The translations under genes were made by a program, and so were the position numbers. This document shows, piece after piece, positions 8,441-18,047 of a DNA stretch of 36,140 bases. Numbering within the stretch: position 1 is the stretch's first letter; the number at the start of each line of letters is the position of its first letter. The notes beneath the pieces were generated by a model. That model saw only the letters and a list, made by a program, of their open reading frames with translations, was not told where the DNA came from and did not search any database. The stretch is from IMG/VR virus record IMGVR_UViG_2703718873_000026. One strand, given 5' to 3'. The stretch is from a virus (Duplodnaviria > Heunggongvirae > Uroviricota > Caudoviricetes).

Positions 8441-8904
8441 CAGATAAGCTCCACTGTGCAGTGCGGCGCATCCTGCACCCGGCTGATGGCCCAGCGGGCG
8501 TCACGCCACAAATCACCGCTTGCTTCCGCCAGTTCCTCGCCCCGCTTCACACCGGACGCCGTGGCGTCATAGTCCTGGTAACGTTCGTTGAGCATGGCGC
8601 GTGCCCAGCAGTAAACCGCGTTGAAATAGTGCTGAATGCGCTCACTTTTGCTGTCCAGCTGTTCCGCCGGAACCTCTGCCAGCGAGGCATACCCCAGCAT
8701 CTGCTGGCGTCTGCGAAACTCATACAGCTCTGCGTTGACCTCCGAAATTGCCGACAGCGCAACCTGCTTTAAACGCGGCTGCGTCACCGTGCCGTCAGTG
8801 CGCATCACGCTGCGAAACTCCGACAGGTCCACATCAGGCCAGAACGGCGTATTCCTGATGATTTCCGCCTGTTCCGGTGCCTGTTCTGGCGCAACAAACT
8901 TCAT
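8440..8904 (-). CDS. L: head completion/stabilisation protein, P2 gpL-like
   Basis: ATG at 8902-8904 with AGGAG upstream; ..FWPD.DL...R...RLDGTVT.PRL...YA.LAEVPA..L.. pattern. ORF track start 8967 is a GTG extension. Confidence 0.75.
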   Translation of the reverse strand: MKFVAPEQAPEQAEIIRNTPFWPDVDLSEFRSVMRTDGTVTQPRLKQVALSAISEVNAELYEFRRRQQMLGYASLAEVPAEQLDSKSERIQHYFNAVYCWARAMLNERYQDYDATASGVKRGEELAEASGDLWRDARWAISRVQDAPHCTVELI

Positions 8905-8999
8905 GCTGCTTTCTCCTGAAATAGAGGGCGGTGGACGGGGTTTTGATGTGGCAGTGCCTTTCGCCACCCCGTGCCGCCCGTGTGCGGGGGCACGTTCTG

Positions 9000-9650
9000 T
9001 CAGCGGCTGTCATTGCGCAGTCTGCGCTCCAGCTGCTGTTTGTCTTTTTTCACGCCACAGCGAGGATCGAGCTGTAACGCATGGTTGAGATGATTAAGGG
9101 CGGAAGCCGGGTTGCTTTCACTCAGGACAGCGCCAATCGCTTTATGCAGACGCGCCCGTGACTGGTCCGGCATATCCAGACCGTCTGTCAGCTCCAGCGT
9201 CTGCAGCAACAGGTCGGCATCAAAGCCGGTGGCGGCAAGCATTGCGCTCTGGGCTGCATCTGCCATTTCCTCTGCCAGCACGGTCTGCACGTTGCGGTTA
9301 CCCAGCGGCATCACCCAGCCATGACGCAGGGCATGACGCCCGATCTCCAGCGCCCCGGCATAATCTCCGGCATCAATGCGCCACAGCATCACGTACATCA
9401 GCACGTCATCCTGTTGAGCGCCTCCGGCAGCCAGAACGCCCTCCGCCCAGGCGGCATATTTCGGCAGCAGCTCCACCTTGATTTCCGCTTTTTTGACCGT
9501 GGACTGAACGCCCTTGAGACGGCGGCGGTCTTCCGCCAGTTGCAGCAGCATCAGGTCATAGCCCGACGCGTGGCGAACACTACCACCCTCGCGAGCGGCC
9601 TGTTCAGCCTGAACGCGCAGGCGATGCTGCCGTGCGGGACTCAGGCTCAT
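9000..9650 (-). CDS. M: terminase endonuclease (small) subunit, P2 gpM-like
   Basis: 216 aa; sits between L and the major capsid gene as in P2. Confidence 0.75.
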   Translation of the reverse strand: MSLSPARQHRLRVQAEQAAREGGSVRHASGYDLMLLQLAEDRRRLKGVQSTVKKAEIKVELLPKYAAWAEGVLAAGGAQQDDVLMYVMLWRIDAGDYAGALEIGRHALRHGWVMPLGNRNVQTVLAEEMADAAQSAMLAATGFDADLLLQTLELTDGLDMPDQSRARLHKAIGAVLSESNPASALNHLNHALQLDPRCGVKKDKQQLERRLRNDSR

Positions 9651-9653
9651 GAA

Positions 9654-10712
9654 TTACGCTCCGGTTTCTGCTGCGGCGGCGCTGAAGTCACCAATCTGGA
9701 TGTTTTCCACCAGTGCAGCGCAGCGATAGTCCTCAACCACATAGGCTTCGTTAACGGATTCAAAATTTTCAATCCGGTCACGTTTCGGGTTGTCGATAAC
9801 TGAACGGCGGCGGGTATCTTCCTGCCAGTAGATGGACAGGTTATCCAGACGGGTGATCAACAGCGCATTCGGCGGGAAGAACGGCGCACGCACCGCCTGC
9901 AGGCCACCCATGCGTTTCTGACTGATGATCATATCGGCAGCCAGTTTTTCACTGTTTTCCTGCTCTTTGTTGACCAGCGGGAAATACTTGTCAGACAGCA
10001 GTTCACGCCCGCAAATCACCACCAGATCGTCATCGTCCTGGTAGACAACGTCGATAAGCTCATTGACGGCATCCATCACCACGGCGTCCAGGTTGGCATA
10101 TTCGCCACCTTTACCGACTTTCACCGCACGCGGTGTGGTTTCACCGCCCGTGGTGCTGCTGCCCATGACGTGATCCGGTGCATCCTCACGGATTTTCTGT
10201 AACCAGCCTTTGTTCACATCCTGCAGCAGCGGGTTTTCGCTACGGTTGGAGGTTTTCGCACGCTTCACGCCGTTAAAGCCGATCATGATGCGGTCCAGTG
10301 CCTGACGTTTCACGATGGCGTCACGGATACGCACCTGGAAATCCTGAAACTTCGCCCACAGGTCCAGCTTCGCGTAGGTCAGTACCGTGTCAAAGTTGGT
10401 CTGCTCGCATTTGTATTCCACATCGACCATCAGCGTAGGATCGACAGGTTCACGCTCTTTCGCGGTGGTGTCAGTGGTTCCGGCAATGGTGCTGCCAACA
10501 CCCAACCCCAGCAGCTGACCGGACTGCTCAGTCACTGGCGTGACGTTAATCAGCGTCAGGAAAGCGGCGGACTGCTGGATCTGGTCTTCCAGCGTCTGCT
10601 GTACAGACGGCTCCACGGTGAACTTGCTGGACAGTTCTTCAACTGCCACACCGTTCAGACGCGCCAGCTGCTGCAGGTAAGCGTTAAAAGCAAATCGGGT
10701 ATTCTTCTTCAT
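9654..10712 (-). CDS. N: major capsid protein, P2 gpN-like
   Basis: 352 aa; MKKNTRFAFNAYLQQLARLNGV.. colinear with P2 N. Confidence 0.9.
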   Translation of the reverse strand: MKKNTRFAFNAYLQQLARLNGVAVEELSSKFTVEPSVQQTLEDQIQQSAAFLTLINVTPVTEQSGQLLGLGVGSTIAGTTDTTAKEREPVDPTLMVDVEYKCEQTNFDTVLTYAKLDLWAKFQDFQVRIRDAIVKRQALDRIMIGFNGVKRAKTSNRSENPLLQDVNKGWLQKIREDAPDHVMGSSTTGGETTPRAVKVGKGGEYANLDAVVMDAVNELIDVVYQDDDDLVVICGRELLSDKYFPLVNKEQENSEKLAADMIISQKRMGGLQAVRAPFFPPNALLITRLDNLSIYWQEDTRRRSVIDNPKRDRIENFESVNEAYVVEDYRCAALVENIQIGDFSAAAAETGA

Positions 10713-10728
10713 CGGGTTTTGTGCTCCA

Positions 10729-11562
10729 TCAGCAATTGGTCAGAGTGTCAGCGGGGGCGTTACCGCCTGTTGCACGCTGGCGGTAGTCCTGGCGGCAGTC
10801 TTCATGACTCAGCTTGTCCACCAGTTCGTTAAAGGCGGTTTGCTGTGCCTGCAGGGCAGTCTCCAGCTCAGACAGGCGTTCTTCCTGCTCAGACAGGGAT
10901 TTTTCGGTGCGTGCGCTCAGGTTCTGCTGCTCAGTGGCGACCAGCTCCACGGCCTTATGCACATCAGAGAACCGGGCGTCATCGGACTGCTCTTTTTTGG
11001 TAAACAGCGCCGTGACACGGGCAAACAGGGACGGTTTGTCGTCCTGGATTTCTTCCAGTTCGATCACCGTTTCCTCTGCAGCGGTAAAGAGATTGGCAGG
11101 ATTCTGCTTGCGGTTTGCCAGTGGGTTATGGGCTGCACTGGCGCTGAATGTCAGCATTTCAGTGCCCAGACTGGCAGGGTCATCAGTGGCTGCCAGGCCG
11201 ACCAGGTAGGCTTTGCCCGTATCAGCGAACTTCGGGCTGACTTCCATAGAGGTGAATAATTTCTGGCCTTTTTTCACCAGCTCCACCAGGGACTCCGTTG
11301 GCTCAACGTCGGCATACAGCGCCATCTTGCCTGCCAGCGGACCTTCCATGATTTCTTCAGCAAACAGCGCCGTCACCTTGCCGTAGCGGTTAAAGGTGCT
11401 GTCCGGCAGATAAGACTTGATGTGCTCAAGGTTAATCAGCGCGGTATACACCGCCGGGTTGTAGCTGGCTGCCATCTGTTCCAGCCATTCACGCTGGATT
11501 TCGCGTCCGTCGGTGGTGGCACCTTCCACCCCGATGCGAAAACGCTTTGCTTTCACTGTCAT
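10729..11562 (-). CDS. O: capsid scaffolding protein, P2 gpO-like
   Basis: 277 aa; ..FRIGVEG.T.DGR.I....EQMA..NLEH.. and C-terminal ..ATGGNA...LTNC as in P2 O. Confidence 0.85.
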   Translation of the reverse strand: MTVKAKRFRIGVEGATTDGREIQREWLEQMAASYNPAVYTALINLEHIKSYLPDSTFNRYGKVTALFAEEIMEGPLAGKMALYADVEPTESLVELVKKGQKLFTSMEVSPKFADTGKAYLVGLAATDDPASLGTEMLTFSASAAHNPLANRKQNPANLFTAAEETVIELEEIQDDKPSLFARVTALFTKKEQSDDARFSDVHKAVELVATEQQNLSARTEKSLSEQEERLSELETALQAQQTAFNELVDKLSHEDCRQDYRQRATGGNAPADTLTNC

Positions 11563-11640
11563 GAGCCGTGCTCCGTTAGAAAAAACTTACTGGAGCCTTA
11601 TGGTTGCGGTGATGGGGGCAGTGAAACAATGCGCGGTATT

Positions 11641-11658
11641 TGTACCGACAACCACACA
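11641..11658. promoter_or_regulatory. late-promoter activator dyad TGT-N12-ACA in the divergent O/P intergenic region
   Basis: TGTACCGACAACCACACA between the divergent O and P starts, where P2 has late promoters PO/PP. Confidence 0.45.
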
Positions 11659-11704
11659 AACCGCAGGCGGGGAAAGCCGTCATTCAAGGCTGTAGGTTTG
11701 TGCC

Positions 11705-13471
11705 ATGAACACCACACTGACACCCGCAGATCTCGATCCCCGTCGGCAGGCCATGCTGCTGTACTTTCAGGGATACCGCGTAGCCCGCATTGCTGAAATG
11801 CTGGGCGAGAAAGTTGCAACCGTTCACAGCTGGAAAAAACGCGACAAGTGGGGTGACTATGGGCCGCTGGATCAGATGCAGCTCACCACCGCCGCACGCT
11901 ACTGCCAGCTCATTATGAAGGAGCACAAAGAAGGGAAAGATTTCAAAGAGATTGACCTGCTGGCGCGCCAGTCTGAGCGCCACGCGCGGATCGGCAAGTT
12001 TAACAATGGCGGCAACGAAGCCGACTTAAACCCTAACGTCGCCAACCGCAATAAAGGCCCACGCCGTCAGCCGGAAAAGAATGTTTTCACCGATGAGCAG
12101 ATTGAGAAGCTGGAAGAAATCTTCCATTCCTCCATGTTCAACTACCAGCGCCACTGGTGGGAAGCCGGAAAAACCAACCGCATCCGCAACCTGCTGAAGT
12201 CACGCCAGATCGGCGCGACCTTCTATTTTGCCCGTGAAGCCCTGATTGACGCCCTGCTTACCGGACGTAACCAGATTTTCCTTTCTGCCAGTAAGGCTCA
12301 GGCCCACGTCTTTAAACAATACATCATCGACTTCGCCAAAGAAGTCGAGGTGGAGCTAAAAGGCGATCCGATGGTGCTTCCTAACGGAGCCACGCTTTAC
12401 TTCCTCGGCACCAATGCCCGCACGGCCCAGAGTTATCACGGCAACCTGTATCTGGATGAATATTTCTGGATACCGAAATTCCAGGAGCTGCGCAAAGTGG
12501 CTTCCGGGATGGCTATTCACAAAAAATGGCGACAAACCTATTTTTCCACGCCATCCAGCCTGACCCACAGTGCTTATCCGTTCTGGTCCGGTGCGCTGTT
12601 CAACCGTGGACGCAACAAAGCTGACAAGGTGGACATCGACCTGTCCCACAGCAATCTGGCCCCCGGCCTGCTGTGCGCAGACGGGCAATACCGCCAGATA
12701 GTCACCGTGGAAGATGCGGTGCGCGGCGGCTGTAACCTGTTCGACCTCGACCAGCTACGCATGGAGTACAGCCCGGACGAATACCAGAACCTGCTGATGT
12801 GCGAGTTCGTGGACGATCTCGCGTCCGTGTTCCCGCTCAGCGAACTGCAGGCGTGCATGGTGGACAGCTGGGAAGTCTGGACCGACTTTCATGCACTGGC
12901 CCTGCGCCCGTTTGGCTGGCGCGAAGTGTGGATCGGTTATGACCCGGCAAAAGGTACGCAGAACGGCGACAGTGCCGGATGCGTGGTGGTGGCTCCGCCA
13001 GCCGTGCCGGGTGGTAAGTTCCGCATTCTTGAGCGTCACCAGTGGCGCGGGATGGACTTCCGCGCCCAGGCTGACGCCATCAAAAAACTCACCGAACAGT
13101 ACAACGTGACCTATATCGGTATCGACTCAACCGGCGTTGGTCACGGGGTTTATGAGAACGTGAAAGCGTTCTTTCCTGCCGTCCGGGAGTTTGTCTACAA
13201 CCCCAATGTTAAAAACGCCCTGGTACTCAAGGCCTACGACATTATCAGCCACCGCCGTCTGGAGTTTGACGCCGGGCACACCGACATTGCGCAGTCATTC
13301 ATGGCAATCCGTCGCGCCACCACCGCCAGCGGCAACCGCCCGACCTATGAAGCCAGCCGCAGCGAAGAAGCCAGCCACGCCGATCTGGCCTGGGCAACGA
13401 TGCACGCACTGTTTAACGAACCGCTGCAGGGCGAATCCGCCAATACCAGCAATATTGTGGAGATTTTTTGA
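11705..13471 (+). CDS. P: terminase ATPase (large) subunit, P2 gpP-like
   Basis: 588 aa; length and position match P2 P. Confidence 0.9.
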   Translation: MNTTLTPADLDPRRQAMLLYFQGYRVARIAEMLGEKVATVHSWKKRDKWGDYGPLDQMQLTTAARYCQLIMKEHKEGKDFKEIDLLARQSERHARIGKFNNGGNEADLNPNVANRNKGPRRQPEKNVFTDEQIEKLEEIFHSSMFNYQRHWWEAGKTNRIRNLLKSRQIGATFYFAREALIDALLTGRNQIFLSASKAQAHVFKQYIIDFAKEVEVELKGDPMVLPNGATLYFLGTNARTAQSYHGNLYLDEYFWIPKFQELRKVASGMAIHKKWRQTYFSTPSSLTHSAYPFWSGALFNRGRNKADKVDIDLSHSNLAPGLLCADGQYRQIVTVEDAVRGGCNLFDLDQLRMEYSPDEYQNLLMCEFVDDLASVFPLSELQACMVDSWEVWTDFHALALRPFGWREVWIGYDPAKGTQNGDSAGCVVVAPPAVPGGKFRILERHQWRGMDFRAQADAIKKLTEQYNVTYIGIDSTGVGHGVYENVKAFFPAVREFVYNPNVKNALVLKAYDIISHRRLEFDAGHTDIAQSFMAIRRATTASGNRPTYEASRSEEASHADLAWATMHALFNEPLQGESANTSNIVEIF

Positions 13472-14496
13472 TGGGAAAGAGTAAGAAAAACCGCGCTGCG
13501 GCGACGAATCAGCTCAAGCATAAAAGCCAGACTTCAGCCGAAGCATTCAGCTTTGGCGATCCCGTTCCTGTTCTGGACCGCCGTGAACTGCTGGACTATG
13601 TGGAATGCGTACAGATGGACCGCTGGTATGAGCCGCCCGTCAGCTTTGACGGACTGGCACGAACCTTCCGCGCTGCCGTGCATCACAGCTCACCGATTGC
13701 AGTAAAATGCAACATTCTGACCAGTACCTACATCCCTCACCCGCTGCTCAGCCAGCAGGCTTTTTCGCGTTTTGTACAGGACTATCTGGTTTTTGGTAAC
13801 GCCTACCTGGAAAAACGCACGAACCGCTTCGGAGAGGTCATCGCTCTTGAGCCTGCGCTGGCAAAATACACCCGACGCGGGTTAGACCTGGATACCTACT
13901 GGTTTGTGCAATACGGTATGACAACCCAGCCGTATCAGTTCACGAAAGGCAGCATCTTTCATCTGTTGGAACCGGACATCAACCAGGAGATCTACGGCCT
14001 GCCCGGTTATCTTTCTGCCATTCCGTCAGCTCTGCTCAACGAGTCCGCCACGCTGTTCCGCCGCAAGTATTACATTAACGGCAGTCATGCAGGCTTCATC
14101 ATGTACATGACCGATGCTGCGCAGAACCAGGAGGATGTGAACAACCTCCGCAATGCGATGAAAAGCGCCAAAGGACCAGGTAACTTCCGCAATCTGTTTA
14201 TGTACTCGCCTAACGGCAAAAAGGACGGACTTCAGATCATCCCATTGTCAGAAGTCGCGGCGAAGGATGAGTTTCTGAATATCAAAAATGTCAGCCGCGA
14301 TGACATGATGGCAGCGCATCGTGTGCCACCGCAAATGATGGGGATTATGCCGAATAATGTTGGGGGGTTTGGGGATGTGGAAAAAGCGAGTTTAGTGTTT
14401 GTGAGGAACGAATTAATACCCTTACAGAAAAGGATGCAGGAATTAAATAAATGGCTTGAAGATAATATATTACAATTCAAACCATATAAATTTTAA
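13471..14496 (+). CDS. Q: portal (capsid) protein, P2 gpQ-like, with a divergent AT-rich C-terminal ~20 codons
   Basis: ..SAEAFSFG.P...DRR..LDY..WYEPP.SF.GLAR..HHSS..NILTST.IPHP.. and ..GPGNFRNLFMY.PNGKKDGLQ.IPLSEVAAKDEFLNIKNVSRDD.MAAHRVPPQ.MGIMPNN.GGFGDVEKA..VFVRNELIPLQ.. colinear with P2 Q. ATG overlaps the P stop; the ORF track adds one TTG codon (13468). Confidence 0.9.
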   Translation: MGKSKKNRAAATNQLKHKSQTSAEAFSFGDPVPVLDRRELLDYVECVQMDRWYEPPVSFDGLARTFRAAVHHSSPIAVKCNILTSTYIPHPLLSQQAFSRFVQDYLVFGNAYLEKRTNRFGEVIALEPALAKYTRRGLDLDTYWFVQYGMTTQPYQFTKGSIFHLLEPDINQEIYGLPGYLSAIPSALLNESATLFRRKYYINGSHAGFIMYMTDAAQNQEDVNNLRNAMKSAKGPGNFRNLFMYSPNGKKDGLQIIPLSEVAAKDEFLNIKNVSRDDMMAAHRVPPQMMGIMPNNVGGFGDVEKASLVFVRNELIPLQKRMQELNKWLEDNILQFKPYKF

Positions 14497-14505
14497 CGAA
14501 AAATC

Positions 14506-14532
14506 AGCCTTAGCGTTCATAACGTTAGGGCT
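14506..14532. terminator. bidirectional hairpin terminator between convergent Q and retron RT
   Basis: 12-bp stem AGCCTTAGCGTT / AACGTTAGGGCT (two G-U pairs), 3-nt loop, A-run upstream (T-run on the minus strand) and T-rich tail downstream. Confidence 0.55.
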
Positions 14533-14537
14533 GTTCA

Positions 14538-16484
<1,947 letters not shown>

Positions 16485-16528
16485 TCAACTTTCTGTTTTC
16501 CAGAAGTATTTTGGCTATTTTCGGTGAT

Positions 16529-16558
16529 AGCGCGCGCTCGTATCCCCGCCACGCCTGC
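16529..16558. other. cos (cohesive end site) of P2/186 type
   Basis: Minus strand reads GGCGTGGCGGGGATACGAGCGCGCGCT. From memory P2 cos is GGCGAGGCGGGGAAAGCAC followed by TGCGCGCT and the 186 end starts GGCGTGGCGGGGA. Located beyond the 3' end of Q, as in P2/186. Confidence 0.5.
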
Positions 16559-16574
16559 CCGCTTTATGCAGTGG

Positions 16575-16685
16575 TTTTCATGCACATGCATGACATGAGC
16601 AAAAGCCCGCCAGTTCTGGCGGATCTGAGCAAAGACGATCCTCAATCGATCATGCGATTTCATGCAGCATAGTCATGCACTGTCA
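16575..16685. repeat. cluster of CATGC(A/G) repeats flanking cos (candidate cosB / terminase-binding elements)
   Basis: At least five copies within ~110 bp (..TTCATGCACATGCATGACATGAGC.. and ..ATCATGCGATTTCATGCAGCATAGTCATGCACTG..); the same hexamer lies in the retron a1/a2 repeats. Confidence 0.35.
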
Positions 16686-16934
16686 AGGAAGTGAAAATCC
16701 GTATCTGAATGGCCACTTGAAAAACGGATCATACGGGTTTACAAAGATGAATGTTCGCTGTGAACGGGAAGCGGAAGTTAACTTTCAGATAACATAATCC
16801 ATATGCGCGAGAACCTCTAAAATAGAATGGGACACCTAAGCGGGGTACTTACAACGATTCTTTCCATATTCACAGTTAACACTCTGTTTGGCGTATTTTT
16901 ATTCAAATAGCAAACACCAATAAAAGGAGTTTCC

Positions 16935-17270
16935 ATGAACAATATTCCCCCTATACCACAGTTAGGAATTTATGTCTCAAAAATCGATCCCACCCTACGT
17001 ATCACTGTAACCGATGTTGATATTGTTGATGGTGAGGATGATTCTCCTGATGATGAATTGTTTTATTTAGTCCACTGGATCGAGGGGGAAGATGAAAGTG
17101 ATATGACAGCAATGGGATTTGAGCTAGACCCAGTAGAGTGGCAGGCTTTCGTTGAATCTGAGCAATTAGTGTTTGAGCGTGATCCGTACATGGATTCAAT
17201 CCCCGAAAATTCAAACTTGGCAAAGATTCGGGATTTTCTCATGAAGACTAAACAGAATGATCATTCGTAA
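16935..17270 (+). CDS. hypothetical acidic protein (111 aa, rich in D/E)
   Basis: ATG with AAGGAG about 7 nt upstream; opposite strand to the Tum/A genes; between cos and the tum module. No family recognised. Confidence 0.55.
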   Translation: MNNIPPIPQLGIYVSKIDPTLRITVTDVDIVDGEDDSPDDELFYLVHWIEGEDESDMTAMGFELDPVEWQAFVESEQLVFERDPYMDSIPENSNLAKIRDFLMKTKQNDHS

Positions 17271-17424
17271 GTGTAAGCATCCATCAGGAAAATGGTTTTG
17301 TAAGTGAATCATCAACTTTTAGAGAGTCTCAGACACTCCCACTTCTGCTTCTGACACAAAGCGGACGATCACTTATCAAAATAACCGCCCACCTTACGCC
17401 TTATTTCACTCATTGCCCAAACTA

Positions 17425-17454
17425 GCCCCCATCAGAATGAATCCTCCTGGGGGC
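17425..17454. terminator. GC-rich hairpin between convergent genes (possible terminator)
   Basis: GCCCCCA ..16 nt.. TGGGGGC between the end of the 16935..17270 ORF and the end of the DinI-like gene; no clear T-tract. Confidence 0.3.
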
Positions 17455-17462
17455 AACATTTC

Positions 17463-17696
17463 TTAATGCAGCCAGCTGTCGTCCTCCCACACCTTCTGCA
17501 TAATTTTCATCACTTGTTTTCTTTCTTCATCCAGTTGCAGTCCGGTTAGTTCCACACCGTTAGAGCTACCTTTGCGAATGCGAATTACCGTTTTGGGATA
17601 CAGGGGGCGCAGATTGCGGTAAAGCTCGGATTCAAGTGCGTCCAAGGTAGACTGGCTAATCTTCTGCTCTTTATCGATCATTATTTCAATGCGCAT
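17463..17696 (-). CDS. DinI-like protein (Tum C-terminal-domain-like antirepressor candidate)
   Basis: From ATG 17694-17696 with GAGGTG upstream: MRIEIMIDKEQK..LDALESELYRNL..VIRIRKG..GL..DEERKQVMKIMQKVWEDDSW, same pattern as E. coli DinI. ORF track extends to 17768 in a frame overlapping the upstream ORF. Confidence 0.7.
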   Translation of the reverse strand: MRIEIMIDKEQKISQSTLDALESELYRNLRPLYPKTVIRIRKGSSNGVELTGLQLDEERKQVMKIMQKVWEDDSWLH

Positions 17697-17706
17697 AAAA
17701 GTCACC

Positions 17707-17895
17707 TCAGCTGATGACATCCATTGAGCGGTTGTATTCGTGGCTTCTGATTTTTGCCATGAGTTCATCAGTCAATTCAGAAACCCACTGCAGAGCCAGC
17801 CCCTTCTCTTCATCACTACACTCACTAGCCGCTACAAGCTTAAGAAAAAAATCAATGCGCTGGAGCTTCAAAGACTCCAAAAAATAGTCCTGCAT
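17707..17895 (-). CDS. small protein upstream of the DinI-like gene (possible N-terminal part of a split Tum-like antirepressor)
   Basis: 62-aa ORF starting ~45 bp downstream of a LexA box, ending just upstream of and in a different frame from the DinI-like ORF. Confidence 0.5.
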   Translation of the reverse strand: MQDYFLESLKLQRIDFFLKLVAASECSDEEKGLALQWVSELTDELMAKIRSHEYNRSMDVIS

Positions 17896-17935
17896 CTTTC
17901 CTCCTATGACACCAAAACAATACTGTATACATAAC

Positions 17936-17955
17936 CACTGTTTATATTTACAGTA
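17936..17955. promoter_or_regulatory. LexA (SOS) box
   Basis: CACTGTTTATATTTACAGTA matches CTGT-N8-ACAG, immediately upstream of the minus-strand tum-like module, as expected for the SOS-controlled tum promoter of 186. Confidence 0.7.
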
Positions 17956-18047
17956 TATAATAATCTTACTGATGTAAAACGTTTTTTTACGTTCATCGGC
18001 CTGATATGCCTGGTATTATTAAGAGCACGAATTGTTAACCCGCGTAA

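Noticed and set aside
9590-9610. Apparent 1-nt frame inconsistencies when hand-translating near the M start, inside N and inside dam
   Set aside because: The ORF track gives uninterrupted proteins; the discrepancy is most likely my miscounting of homopolymer runs, so no frameshift or pseudogene is claimed.
11661-11678. Second cos-like motif GCAGGCGGGGAAAGCC in the O-P intergenic region
   Set aside because: It matches the conserved cos core from memory, but cos in P2/186 lies beyond the 3' end of Q, not between O and P; kept only as a note that it may be chance similarity.
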